64,000 bases of DNA from Eledone cirrhosa (Eukaryota). The notes below the pieces were generated by a model. That model was not told where the DNA came from. It was given only the letters and a program-made list of their open reading frames with translations, and did no database searches. The translations under genes and the position numbers were made by a program. Numbering within the stretch: position 1 is the stretch's first letter; each line of letters starts with the position of its first letter. This document shows positions 27,289 through 41,965 of this stretch, in pieces. The stretch covers positions 25,048,001-25,112,000 of the forward strand of contig OZ024751.1 of NCBI GenBank assembly GCA_964016885.1, read 5' to 3'.

Positions 27289-27535
27289 ATGTGAATAAAG
27301 CCCTTATTGTATAGCAAACCATGTCACTCTACTTTCTTGATTTATTATTACTCCAAGTGTAAACTACATAGAAATCACCGCGTACTCGCAGCATCACTAT
27401 GGAAACGTCTTGTTGAGTCAAACTTAGCCAAACGTTAATATTATTCACTACTCGGAGTATCCTAACTGGACTACATCTAAGTGGACTACCTATCACAATA
27501 ATTTGTTATCCCGTATATATATATATATATATAAT

Positions 27536-27568
<33 letters not shown>

Positions 27569-27617
27569 GAAAGTGTCGGGACCTCAACATATGAGCCCTT
27601 GCCGTTTCAGCAGCTAG

Positions 27618-27659
<42 letters not shown>

Positions 27660-27745
27660 CTAGCTGCTAGCGTAAACCTCTTCAAATGAAGTTGATGTTT
27701 ATTACGGTATGTCGAATATATTTATCTATAAAACTGTTTATATTG

Positions 27746-27811
27746 TATTTTGTCTGATGAAGGCATAGCATATTGTTAATATGATATCCCCGAAATATAT
27801 ATAATGAAATA
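27746..27811 (+). ncRNA. Type I hammerhead motif, family B
   Basis: tattttgt-CTGATGA-aggcatagcatattgttaatatgatatcccc-GAA-ATATATAT-A-atgaaata. Confidence 0.75.
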
Positions 27812-27849
27812 AATATGGTTTTATAAATATAGTTTTCCATTTATTTAAT

Positions 27850-27894
<45 letters not shown>

Positions 27895-27917
27895 GTATAT
27901 ATATATATATATATATG

Positions 27918-28047
27918 GATTCTTGATGATTTCTACCGAATAAAATAGTTCTAGTCCTGTTGAAGCCAATTCTATATTAAATATTTATACTCTGCTATGT
28001 ATTGGGTACCTCACCTACTGTGGTTAGCCCCGATTAAACCCGGGATA

Positions 28048-28050
<3 letters not shown>
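27918..28050 (+). mobile_element. Family A element, decayed
   Basis: ggattcTTGATGA...AAAAtagttctagtcctgttgaagcc plus family A tail. Confidence 0.7.
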
Positions 28051-28096
<46 letters not shown>

Positions 28097-28154
28097 TAAA
28101 ATAACAGATTAAAGTTTAAGCAAAGAATCGCTGCTTCAATTTTATTATTATTAC

Positions 28155-28193
<39 letters not shown>

Positions 28194-28196
<3 letters not shown>

Positions 28197-28391
28197 GGAA
28201 CCAGTAAGACCCCGACGGCTGAGCTCAAGCCGTTTCGACGGGTAATTCTGGACTCCAGAATTAGCCGTCGAAACGGCTTGAGCTCAGCGGTCGGGGTCTT
28301 ACTGGTTCCCATTACCCACTCTACTACCCTAAGTATTGAGTACTTTGGTGCGTTATGGTCCACCTGGTTCCTTACCACATTTCCTTCGTTA
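28194..28391 (+). mobile_element. Family E fold-back element
   Basis: Palindrome centred on ctggactccag; tail near-identical to other E copies. Confidence 0.8.
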
Positions 28392-28677
28392 TATATATAT
28401 ATATATATAAGTTGACCTCGGCGGGATTTGAACTCATTAACCAGAGAGCCAGAACAAATACCATAAAGGATTCTCTTCGACACTCTAACCACTCTGCCAA
28501 TTCGCCCCCCCCCTTATATTCATATATTTATATATAACTTGGCATAAAGAAGGGGGTAGTCATATGAAAGGAGAATGGTGTGTTGTAACATTTATGCATC
28601 TCCATTGAATAGAAACGGCAATCAAAAATTCTGTCACTGGTTCGGCTGTTCTGGATCGTTCTATTTATTCCAAAATG

Positions 28678-29410
28678 TCTACCACCAAGACCACTACCCC
28701 CGCCATCACCACCACCACCACAAGTGCAACAACACTACCGTCACCACCAACACCACGACTACAACGACCACCACTGCCACTACCACCACCACGACCACCA
28801 ATATTGGCATATATATGTCTACCACCAATACCACTACCACCACCACCGCCACTACCACCACCACCACCACCACCACCACCACCAAGAGCACCAAAACTAC
28901 CGCCATCACCAACACCACCCCTACAACGACCACCACCACCACAGCCACCACCACCACCACCAATATTGGCATATATATGTCTACCACCAATACCACTACC
29001 ACCACCACCGCCACTACCACCACCACCGCCACTACCACTACCACCACCACCACCACCACCATCACCACCACCACCACCACCAAGAGCACCAAAACTACCG
29101 CCATCTCCAACACCACCCCTACAACGACCACCACTACCACACCACCACCACCACCACCACCAATATATATGTCTACCACCAATACCACTACCACCACCAC
29201 CGCCACTACTACCACTACCACCACCAACACCACCACCACCACCAAGAGCACCAAAACTACCGCCATCTCCAACACCTCCCCTACAACGACCACCACTACA
29301 ACGACCACCACCACCACTACCAATATCACCGGCATCATCAACCCCATCACCAACAGCACCGCCATCACCACCACTACCCCCACTCCCGTCAGCCCCACCT
29401 CCCACCACAT
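28678..29410. repeat. (ACC)n-rich repeat with ~160-200 bp higher-order units
   Basis: atatatatgtctaccaccaataccactacc and aagagcaccaaaactaccgccatc each recur three times. Confidence 0.85.
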
Positions 29411-29445
29411 CTATGATGATGATGATGATAATAATAATAATAATA

Positions 29446-29645
29446 ATTTCTTATATAGACACAAGGCCAGCAATTTTGGGGACGGGGAAAGTCGATTAAA
29501 TTGACCCCAGTGTATTACTGGTACTTTATTTTATCGACCCCGTAAGGATGAAAGGCAAAGTGAACCTCGGCGGGATTTGAACTCAGATCATAAAGGGCCG
29601 TAACTCTATGCTGCAAAGCATGGCGTCTGACTCTACCGACATTGA
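29446..29645 (-). mobile_element. SINE, long subtype
   Basis: Reverse-complement match to the SINE family. Confidence 0.85.
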
Positions 29646-29688
29646 TTATTATTAATGTTATTGTTATTTCTATCATGATATATATATA

Positions 29689-30156
29689 TGTGTGTGTGTG
29701 TGTATGTGTGTGTATGTGTGTGTGTATGTGTGTATGTGTGTGTGTGTGTATGTGTGTGTGTATGTGTATGTGTGTGTGTATGTGTGTGTGTGTATGTGTG
29801 TGTATGTGTGTGTGTATGTGTATGTGTGTGTATGTGTGTGTGTGTATGTGTGTGTATGTGTATGTGTGTGTATGTGTGTGTGTATGTGTGTGTATGTGTG
29901 TATGTGTGTATGTGTGTATGTGTGTATGTGTGTGCATGTGTGCGTGTATGTGTGTGTGTATGTGTATGTGTGTGTATGTATGTATGTATGTGTGTATGTG
30001 TGTGTGTGTGTATGTGTGTATGTGAGTGTGTGTATGTGTATGTGTGTGTATGTGTGTATGTGTGTGTGTGTGTGTGTATGTGTGTGTGTATGTATGTGTG
30101 TGTGTACGTGTGTGTATGTGTGTGTATGTATGTGTGTGTGAATGTGTGTGTATGTA

Positions 30157-30191
<35 letters not shown>

Positions 30192-30425
30192 GTGTGTGTA
30201 TGTATGTGTGTGTGTGTGTATGTATGTGTGTATGTGTGTATGTGTGTGTGTGTGTATGTGTATGTGTGTGTGTATGTATGTGTGTGTGTACGTGTGTGTA
30301 TGTGTGTGTATGTATGTGTGTGTGAATGTGTGTGTATGTATGTGTGTGTATGTGTATGTGTATGTGTGTGTATGTATGTGTGTGTGTGTATGTATGTATG
30401 TGTGTATGTGTGTGTGTGTGTGTGT
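29689..30425. repeat. Compound (TG)n/TATG microsatellite
   Basis: Direct inspection. Confidence 0.95.
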
Positions 30426-30746
30426 TTAGCCAAATAACAAGTCCCTCAAATATTTGAATTATATATGGTGTAAGTGTTAAAACGTTAGCTAAGTCAGACA
30501 CGCTGCATGATATTATTTCATTAGTTCACTTCAACAGAAAGAAGTTTTTTTTAAAATTGTTTTTTTGTAATGTAAGATTGTGAATAGTTTATGGAAACCA
30601 CATCAATATTTTCACACTTAAACTCATTTATTTTACTTCTTGATCATTCAATGATTTGCTGCCTTTGAAAACTATTTCAATAATATCTATATTTCTTTTA
30701 TTTTATCGAACTACATACGGCTATGGGCTTGTCGGTCGTGATACTA

Positions 30747-30747
<1 letters not shown>

Positions 30748-30798
<51 letters not shown>

Positions 30799-30856
30799 TT
30801 ACTGCTGCTGCTGCTTCTGCTATTACTACTACTAATGCTGCTGCTACTCATGCTGT

Positions 30857-30938
<82 letters not shown>

Positions 30939-31000
30939 GCTACTGCTGCTACTGCTGCTTCTGCTATTACTACTACTTCTGCTGCTGCTACTCATGCTGT

Positions 31001-31058
<58 letters not shown>

Positions 31059-31107
31059 GCTGCTGCTGCTGTTGCTGCTGCTACTGCTGCTGCTGCTGCT
31101 GCTGTTG

Positions 31108-31169
<62 letters not shown>

Positions 31170-31200
31170 GCTGCTGCTGCCGCTAGTACTGCAGCTACTA
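30748..31200. repeat. (CTA)n/(CTG)n trinucleotide repeat with internal duplication
   Basis: gcttctgctattactact...gctgctactcatgctgttact occurs twice. Confidence 0.9.
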
Positions 31201-31244
31201 CGAGTTATCATGGGTGTTACACTAGATCAGTCAAGTACTTGAGG

Positions 31245-31567
31245 GTTACACATGTAATGGTCTGTTCCAGTGTAACCTCCATGAGTAACCTCCATGAGAC
31301 AGACAGTAAGAGAGGGTTATATAAGCAATGGACTGTTCCAGTGTAACCTCCACGAGACAGACAGTAAGAGACAGTTACACATGTAATGGACTGTTCCAGT
31401 GTAACCTCCATGAGACATACAGTAAGAGAGGGTTATATAAGCAATGGACTGTTCCAGTGTAATCTCCATGAGACAGACAGTAAGAGACAGTTACACATGT
31501 AATGGACTGTTCCAGTCTAACCTCCACGAGACAGTTGCACATGTAATGGACTGTTCCAGTGTAACCT
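31245..31567. repeat. 58 bp tandem repeat with alternating A/B variants
   Basis: Units start at 31245, 31316, 31374, 31432, 31490, 31534; gttacacatgt and gttatataagc alternate. Confidence 0.9.
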
Positions 31568-31602
31568 GGTGTAAAGAACCGACACTGTAACGAAGATAAA
31601 AC

Positions 31603-31849
31603 CACTAGCGTAGCTAGAGGGGGGCGAAGGTGTAGTCGACCTCGGGTGACACTTTTATGTGGCGGCACTTTTGGGTCTGCTCTAGGCTATAACGCTGCAT
31701 CATAATATTATAGTTATACACAGACTAATTAATATAGACATAACACTGAGTCTCTTACTGTCTGTCTCATGTATTATTGGTGGGGGCCCAGAGGGCGGCA
31801 TATTGAAGAGCTGCTGACCCGGGTGGCACACACTCTAGCTTCATCACTG
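31603..31849. mobile_element. hAT (Tip100-like) MITE, decayed
   Basis: TIRs cactagcgtagctagag / ctctagcttcatcactg; 8 bp flanks gataaaac / gatagaag (6 of 8 identical). Confidence 0.6.
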
Positions 31850-32440
31850 GATAGAAGCGGAATAAATAACCGACGCTCTAACGTCACTGGTAAATCTCTT
31901 GCTTTGGTTCTGTTAATAGAACCATCTAGCCTAACATGTTTACTGTTCTATTAATAATTTCAAAATTCGAATTATTGAAGAAGGAGAAATAAAGTTCGAA
32001 GATGTCCAAACAAATTTTATAGAAAAGATGGTGAAAAGAAAACAACAAAAAAGAGTACAACAAAATTGGATTCCAACTTTAGCCGAATGTCAGTCCTTTT
32101 GAAGTGCTTGACATTCAAAAAGTGAATTATCATGCAACTTAAAATACGCAGTATAATGCTGCATGCTCACATACATATATATATATACACACACGAAAAC
32201 AGAAATTCACACATGCATGCATATATACATACCAACCGTACATAACACAGTGTTTTGTTTTAATTATTATAAGGTTTCTTTAATGTAACTCTCCGATCAG
32301 TTGAAATAAGTTTGTATGACGTAGACAGAGAAGAATGTAATGTCTCGAGGAAAACTGTTGAACATTGGCCTGTAAGAGGAGACGAGAGAGCCCATGCTAG
32401 CGGGGAAAATGGACGGTAAACGAAGATGATGATGATGATG

Positions 32441-32487
<47 letters not shown>

Positions 32488-32562
32488 GGAGTGGGAGTGG
32501 GAGAGAGAACTCATCGCTAGAACTGCCGTTAAAAAAGCTAAATGCTGTCAAATCAAAATGTA

Positions 32563-32748
32563 ATAATTGTTTCTGCTTTTGGCACAAGGCCAGCAATTAT
32601 CCCAGTGTATTACTGGTACTTTATTTTATCGACCCCGTAAGGATGAAAGGCAAAGTTAACCTCGGCGGGATTTGAACTCAGAATGGCAAGGGCCGTAACT
32701 CTATGCGTCAAAGCATGGCGTCCGACCCTCTACCGATACTGCCAACCC
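32563..32748 (-). mobile_element. SINE
   Basis: Family match; TSD-like caaaatgtaataat on both sides. Confidence 0.85.
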
Positions 32749-32903
32749 AAAATGTAATAATGCCCCCCCAGAAGACAGCGACCAACGATCAGTGGTCATC
32801 GGAGAGACAGTACACAAGGTGGGTGACAGGCAGATGAAATATAGAAAAGATGGAAAGAGGAGGGCAAGGAGGAGTGCGCTGCTTCACAGAAATAACAGAA
32901 ATG

Positions 32904-33024
<121 letters not shown>

Positions 33025-33816
33025 TTATATATTAACACTGATATACTCATAATTTTTTCCCATTCCAGTCGATCCTTTCGAAATCAATAATTAATCAAGG
33101 ATAATGATTATAGTTATAAATATCACCCTCAACATGAGATACGAGTCGAACAACGAAAACAAAGTAAATTTTCTTTCTTTCTTTTTATTTTGCATTTCTC
33201 TGTTTCTGTCTTTCTTTACTTTTTGTTTGTTTGTTTGTTTGTTTGTTTCTTTCTTTCTTTCTCTCTCTCTCTCTCTTTCTGATCGCTCCTCCCCACTGTC
33301 TTTACTTTGATGGAATATAAAATGGAAGCGACAAAAGGTTCGTTCGATACAAATCAACAATCGCTATTTGAAAAAAAGAAGAGGCTACTTTCCTTTGCTC
33401 AATTTATTTAAATTTACTTGAAAGATAACACGTAACTACAAAATTCTTAATATCATTGCAAAAAATCGCATCCATACATCAAAGGAATAAATTTACAAGA
33501 TTGATATCATTCTAAATATGTCTGAATAGCTTCTGAATTCAATATCAAGTGTTATGCTCTAGGACCATCGTATGCTATGTGATATTTCCAGCAATGTAAA
33601 GTTCTCACCATAGTAGGAGCTGCAGGAATTATAGGCATGTAATGTTAAGACGTGTGTGTAGGTTTGTGGGGGCATTTATTTATAACAAACTAGTTAGCTA
33701 TTCATTAAGAAGATCGTTATTTTCCGTCAATATCTGAGATTCTGCATTGTCTCTCTATCTCTTACGGGTTTCTGCTTTCACACAATTATGTACAAAACCA
33801 CACATATAACACGGGC

Positions 33817-33889
<73 letters not shown>

Positions 33890-34012
33890 GGAGGTGAGTT
33901 TTATTGTAGTACAATAAAGCAATGCAGATATCGGATAAGAAGCACTCTACAGTATGTGGGACTGGAGTATGCATAATATAAGATCAAAAGATGGTTAAAG
34001 GAGTTCAATATA

Positions 34013-34079
34013 TTTTATTATGCGCATTTCAAAAACAAACATCATCAAACAATAATATTTGTGTTTTCATCAGATAAAA
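34013..34079 (-). ncRNA. Type I hammerhead motif, family C (element 33887-34150)
   Basis: ttttat-CTGATGA-aaacacaaatat...atgtttgttttt-GAA-ATGCGCAT-A-ataaaa; 5'-truncated C copies at 13091-13258 and 57785-57950. Confidence 0.8.
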
Positions 34080-34539
34080 CAGGAGAACATGATATGAAGG
34101 CTAAAAAAACACTTGTTGATAGTGCAGTTTTAAATCAACATATGAAAAGTGGTTTTAGATTGATGTGTGATATTGGGAAAAATATTTTATTTAGAGAGGG
34201 GGGGAGAGAAAAGGATGAAAAGGGAAGGAGATGAGAGGGAGAGATGGGTGATAGAGAGAAAGAGATAGTTTTTATAACTGAGAGGAGATATATTTTATAT
34301 AGAGGGGTTGAAAACCGTTGGAAGATACTGTATAAATTAAAAATTTTGAAAATTAACGAAGGGAGGATATGTGCGAGGAAAAAATATATTATATTTAGGG
34401 ACTCCCTAAATGTCAGATTTTCCAGTCATATGATCAACCTGGTGCACTTTTGATCAGTTGTCAGAAATTAATTGTGCAGAATATTCTCAACTCTTACAGG
34501 ATATGTTAGTAGCATTGGTTATTTGATTTATAGTCAATC

Positions 34540-34710
34540 ACTTTTTCATCCATCACCCTTTTCTTCAGTAGTTCCAGGACATACAGACATTGGGTTATAT
34601 TCAAGAGTTGCCCTTCCCCTCCTAAATTCAGCTGCCCACTTTTGCACCGTTAATAAAACTGAAGCGTCAACCCCTTAATGTAGCAACCATGTCAGCATGA
34701 ATGTCATAGA
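34540..34710 (-). pseudogene. Mariner transposase N-terminal HTH relic
   Basis: IHADMVATL ... TVQKWAAEFRRGRATLEYNP, typical of mariner N-termini. Confidence 0.75.
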
Positions 34711-34924
34711 ATATATTTATTTCTGTATATACATCGTCATTGCTGCTTTTCTATATATTATATCAATTTATACGGCTGAAAACTATTCATTTATGAAATT
34801 CTTTATAACATTCCGGAAAAGATACATTCTTTTTCATATCTCATAAAGTTTTGAACGTAAAACACAAACACGACGCAACGGGCCCCTCCCTCAAACTAAC
34901 TATTTGGGGACATGTTATATATAT

Positions 34925-35230
34925 GGTGTAGGTGCATGGATATTAGATCATTGGGCTTGCAATCATAAAGTTGTGAGTTTGATTCCCTAACCAGATGATG
35001 TGCTGTGTCCTTGAGTAAGACACTTTATTTCATGTTGTGTCAGTTCACTCAGCTGTAGAAATGAGTTACGACGTCACTGGTGCCAAGTTGTATCGGCCAT
35101 TACCTTTCCCTTGGGCAACATCGCTAGCGTGGAAAGGGGAGACCGATATGCATGGGTAATGGTGGTTTTCTACAAACAACCATGTCGAAGATTGGATATG
35201 GTTCAAATCCCACAGATGTCTTTTAAATAT
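34925..35230 (+). mobile_element. Second SINE family, decayed
   Basis: tgtgtccttgagtaagacactttattt...cagctgtagaaatgag core also at 57995-58060 and 60530-60590. Confidence 0.65.
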
Positions 35231-35273
35231 ATAAAAGGGTATGGACCTCGGTTTTCTAATATCCACACTTTTT

Positions 35274-35314
<41 letters not shown>

Positions 35315-35577
35315 CAAAGGAATTGTGGTAAGGAACCAGATGGACCATAACGCACCGACGGCAGAGTTCAAGCCGTCGAAACGGCTTGAGCTCTGCCGTC
35401 GGGGTCATACTTTTTCCTATATATATATATATATATTATACTTAGCAGGAAAAAGGGATATATAATTATCATGATATATATGTGACATAATACATAATAG
35501 GAAGTAACTAATCGAGGGACTTACATACGCCCTCCGACATGACGCGTTTGTGTCTGTATATACATACATTTATACCC

Positions 35578-35687
<110 letters not shown>

Positions 35688-35851
35688 GCATATACATATA
35701 TGTATATGAGTGTGCATATGTGTGTGTGTGTGTGTATATGTATTTATATGTATGTAAATATATATGTGTAAATGTATATATATATATATATACGTATGTA
35801 TGTATATAGAGGCCTATCGACACACAAACACACACACACATATATATGTAT

Positions 35852-35892
<41 letters not shown>

Positions 35893-36252
35893 AATACACC
35901 CATTTAGTATACATGAATTCAAACTATCTTGAACATCAGAGACAAACATAAACCTAGAAATACAAACATTATTTTTAATGGAAATTATGTTCATATGTTG
36001 ATTATGAATAAACTAATGCCACGTTCCTATTCTCCTATCTTTGAAGAGCTCTCCTCGAGGGGAGTAAACCTCTTCAACTATCAACAAGTATATGTTCACA
36101 GGTTTACAATCAAAGCTTGGCCCATCTGTTCTCTTTAAGAAATGAACTAGACGTCTGTACTTTATTTGTGTATTTGTTGTATGCAAACATATGCGTACGG
36201 GCGTACACAGACACGTATACACATACACACACAAAAACATGTACGTATGTTT

Positions 36253-37500
<1,248 letters not shown>

Positions 37501-37504
37501 AAAA

Positions 37505-37658
37505 TAGTAATAATAAAAAGTTTGAAGACTGAAATCCAAAGAGGGCTCGATAAGGATAAATATATATCAAATATGTAAGAACCGTAGAGCAAATATTTAT
37601 TAAAATAACAGATTAAAGTTTAAGTAAAGAATCGCTGCTTTCATCCTTAACCGGACCT

Positions 37659-37662
<4 letters not shown>
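37505..37662 (-). mobile_element. Family D element, single arm with full tail
   Basis: Reverse complement of 5876-6032 with substitutions (CAGAAGG). Confidence 0.75.
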
Positions 37663-37742
<80 letters not shown>

Positions 37743-37958
37743 AATTTAATATATCTACTAACATAAGCGCACACATGTACGCTAATGCCAGCAAATACAC
37801 AGGTTATGTCATAGTACCTAGGTGGTTCAATGCAGGAGAATGCAGAACAATAATATAAAAGACGTAAAATAAGAAAATTAAAAAAAAAAATTTTTTAAAT
37901 ATCTTTTTAAATGAAACAATTTTTTTTTAATTTTTTTAAAAAATTTTCTTATTTTACG

Positions 37959-38016
<58 letters not shown>

Positions 38017-38358
38017 ATATATATATTTATATATATATATGTATATATATGTATGTGTTTGGTATATATAAAACGACTACGTGTCGACATCTCTGTATCT
38101 AACAATAATGATTATTAATACAGTTTCACAGCTGTTCAATATGTTCGACCCCTGAAAGAGAAAAGCAAAACACACCCAAGCATCCATATACCCATCCATA
38201 CATACATACATTCTTATATACACACATACATATAATCCTACGTACATAAATACACACATACATACATAAATACATACATACACACATGCATACATACATA
38301 CATACCTACCTACATACATACACACATGCATACATACATACATACATACATACATACA

Positions 38359-38391
<33 letters not shown>

Positions 38392-38414
38392 GCATGCATG
38401 CATACATACATACA

Positions 38415-38443
<29 letters not shown>

Positions 38444-38445
<2 letters not shown>

Positions 38446-40237
38446 TAAGGCTTTACAGTTAGCTAAAGTCCCACAACCATTAGTAGCTGCTGTTGAACGC
38501 CTGACCAAGAACTGGTACACCAATTTGATCCTTAGAGGTGAGAAGGAGCAGGTTAAGACTGATAGGATACATTACCAGAAGGGCATCTTTCAGGGTGATA
38601 GCTTGTCAGTACTACTCTTCGTTCTCTCACTGAATCCACTATCTTACCTACTCAGGAAACAAGGTGGACAAAGAAGTGGGCCCAGAAGTATCTCCCATCT
38701 TTTCTTTGTTGATGACCTGAAGTTGTATGGGCCAAATATCAATGACATCAAGAAACAATTGGACCTCATTACACAATTTTCAACCGACATCAAAATGAAA
38801 TTTGGTGAGTCCAAGTGTGCATATTTGGCAGTAAAACGTGGAAGAGCTGTGCCCTCCTCTAGAAATCTAGATATGAACGGCCTGACAATACAACCTCTGC
38901 AGTCAGGTGACAACTACAGATATCTTGGACAGGATGAGAATGTCAGATATGATGGACCCATAAATAAGGAGAGAACCAGAACTGAATACCTCAGAAGAGT
39001 AAAAAAAATATGGTCATCAGAACTGTCAGCATACAACAAATACATTGCCCACAATACCTATGCTGTGCCAATTATAACGCCAACATTTGGCCTACTGAAC
39101 TGGTCATTGCAAGAACTAAGTGAGATGGATGTTAGAACTCGTAAACTTCTCAGTGTTACTGGGAACTTTAACATCAATGGTGATGTGGATAGGCTATACT
39201 TCTCACGCAAGGAAGGTGGCCGGGGTCTAAAATCAATATTAACAACATATGAGACCCGGATAGTAACACTGAAGCAACACCTTCAACAGAGGAAAAAGGT
39301 TGGCGACCATCTTGCTCAGGTTTATGAGCATGAAAAAAGAAATATCATTAGAATAGCGACTGATCTGGAGGAGAGATATGGAATAAAGCCTGATATAAAT
39401 CTCTCACCCAGAGAAATCGGAAGATCCTATTCAATGTTCAAACAAGAAAAAAAAATTGACCAATTTACAGAGAAAGTTGTGCATGGATACTTGAGGCGTA
39501 AAACACAGACCATAGAGGGGATAAACCACTCAAAAAGCCTGGCATGGAGTTCCGACAAGTTTATGACATCACACCTTGAGGGATATCTCTATGCAATACA
39601 GGAACAAGAACTCCCTACCAAATATCTGCTGCACAAAAGAGGAGGGCCAGCAGCTGACAATAAATGTAGGCTATGTAAAACAAAGATCGAGGATGTAAGC
39701 CACATTGTTGCCAGCTGCGAAAGAATGTCATCTCGCTACTACCTCCCCATGAGACACGATGGGATAGCTAGAACTATCTGGAACGCACTTCGGAAAACAA
39801 AATTAACAACAAACGAGGAAGAATATATTGAGACAGATGGCACTAAGGAATACTGGTGGAACCTGAAAATAAAAACTGCCACCAAATTAAAGCACAACCG
39901 GCCTGATATTGTAGTTTGGGACCACACATTGAAAACGTGTTCTGTTGTGGAGATCAGCTGCCCACTTGATGTAAACGTTGTCAGAAAAATACAGGAGAAG
40001 GAGGACATCTACGGACCATTGATGAGGAGCTTACAAATCCAGTATCCAAGATACACCTTTAGCTTCATACCCATCATTATTGGTGCTACGGGTTATATAC
40101 CAACCCGCTTGGACCAAAGTATGACCGAACTTGGATTTGCGGACAAAAAGCGCAGCTCCCTAATTCATAGTCTACAAATGGCTGCGATAGCTGGCACCTT
40201 CAAAATATGCAAAACATTCTTGCGATTCAAGGGATGA
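38444..40237 (+). CDS. Reverse transcriptase / zinc knuckle / restriction-like endonuclease ORF, N-terminally truncated (597 codons, no native start)
   Basis: GIFQGDSLS, HLFFVDDLKLY, YRYLG, GGRGL, CRLC..EDVSHIVASC, RHD, RPDIVV..VEISCP..K motifs; no internal stops. Confidence 0.9.
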
Positions 40238-40318
40238 CAATTTCTTTTCTTTTACAACCTTGCCACCAGGAAGGTGGCCGGTCAAAAAAATATACTCGAA
40301 ATTAAGAGAAAGAGAAAA
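38444..40318 (+). mobile_element. 5'-truncated R4/Dong-clade non-LTR retrotransposon inserted in (CATA)n
   Basis: RT, CCHC and RLE domains; short 3' UTR with gccacc/ggtggc hairpin; (CATA)n on both flanks. Confidence 0.9.
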
Positions 40319-40582
40319 CATACATACATACATACATACATACACACATACATACACACAGAAATATGATTAATGAAGATTGAAAAGAAAAGACATGATT
40401 CTCACACACAAGATTAAGGCACAGCTAAAGCTTTTAAACAAAGTGACGGTTGTGGCAATTTATCAACACATAGGAAGGTAACTAGCACGTTAAGAAAACA
40501 GAAACAACGACAGCTAAACACATTTTTATTTTATACTGTTTAGTCAGTGCAGCCTTTCATACGATTGCAAATACCGAATGTT

Positions 40583-40626
<44 letters not shown>

Positions 40627-40728
40627 TATGTATGTATGTTTATATATATATATATGCCAGGCATACAGCCACAAGCCGATGTGTAGATTCATATTGTATC
40701 TTTATACACACACACACACACACACACT

Positions 40729-40762
<34 letters not shown>

Positions 40763-40842
40763 CACACACACACACACACGCACGCACACACACCCACACC
40801 CACACCCACACACGCACACGCACACACACACACATATATATA

Positions 40843-41026
40843 TAATTGTTTCTACGTTAGGTACAAGGCCAGCAATTACCCAGTGCATTACTGGTACTTT
40901 ATTTTATCAACCCCGTAAGGATGAAAGGCAAAGTTAACCTTGGCGGGATTTGAACTCAGAATGGCAAGGGCCGTAACTCTAAACATCAAAGCATGGCGTC
41001 TGACCCTCTACCAATACTTCCAATCC
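40843..41026 (-). mobile_element. SINE
   Basis: Family match. Confidence 0.85.
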
Positions 41027-41040
41027 AATATATAATATAC

Positions 41041-41080
<40 letters not shown>

Positions 41081-41093
41081 AGTGTAAAATACG

Positions 41094-41121
<28 letters not shown>

Positions 41122-41124
<3 letters not shown>

Positions 41125-41219
41125 AGTGTCCCAAAAATGTATTCACACAGACTGTGCATTCTAATAAATATTGCCTGTACAGGTAATCAAAATGTGAATA
41201 CATTTTTTGGGACACCCTC
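41122..41219. mobile_element. Tc1/mariner-type MITE (~100 bp) in (TA)n
   Basis: TIRs gtgtcccaaaaatgtattcaca / tgtgaatacattttttgggacac. Confidence 0.75.
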
Positions 41220-41244
41220 TATGTATATATATATATATATATGG

Positions 41245-41965
41245 ATACAAATGGAAGTTTAGTAAAATCGAAGTTTTGGCTGTGGTCAAGCTAACGATAA
41301 ACAACCAGGAATGTTCAGCAAAGCACTCGATAAATTTGTGTCACCTTAGTGTAATAACCTACGTTAGAAAGCTTGACAACTTGAAGACTGCGATCGGTGA
41401 TCCAGCCACGTGAACCAAAGCAATGAGAAAACCAAATCAGGTATCGATAAACCTGGACCATCTCGATCGATATTAAGCGATATCTCCGATAGGTTTCTAT
41501 GAAAATCCGAAATCAACAATTCCACTTGCGCAGTATGCAAGTTTTTGGTTTTGGATGACCGAACAGTGGATTCACTTTATCAACAGGGCTTCCGTTCTGT
41601 GCCGCGAGCCGGTGTGAATCGTAGCAGTAAACTGCTGGCGATCACGTGGTCTTTCCCCAAAGGGAGGTAACCTCCGGTATTTGGCGGGCAAATTCAAATT
41701 GTGGATAAAGGAATAAATTCCATTCCACAAACAGAATAAAGCTCTCGAAATGATTAATTAATTAATTCAATTAGACAATTCTATTGATTGGTTAATTATT
41801 TATGTTTGTTTATTAACGTTAATTAAATTAATTAATTAATCATTTAGTCTAGGAGATAATAATACAAATGGAAGTTTAATAAAATCTAAGTTTTGGCTGT
41901 GGCAAAGCTGACGATATACAATCGGGAATGTGAAGCAAAGCACTCGATAAGGTTGTGTCACCTTA
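41245..41965. repeat. Diverged ~105 bp direct repeats flanking ~510 bp of unique sequence
   Basis: atacaaatggaagttta...tgtgtcacctta at 41245-41349 and 41862-41965. Confidence 0.85.

Larger units (their letters stand above)
26985..27513 (+). mobile_element. Family I fold-back element (~163 bp arms, ~35 nt spacer, 3' tail)
   Basis: 26985-27148 is inverted to 27184-27347 with a few mismatches; (TA)n on both sides. Confidence 0.85.

Noticed and set aside
28575-29504. 309 aa Thr-rich mucin-like ORF
   Set aside because: (ACC)n repeat open in five frames and running into a SINE; no signal peptide or splice support.
36040-36078. TTGAAGA plus hairpin resembling a hammerhead
   Set aside because: No G12 and no stem III; a simple hairpin explains it.
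38390-38443. Met start of the 615 aa ORF
   Set aside because: It lies in the (CATA)n flank; the element is 5'-truncated at 38444.
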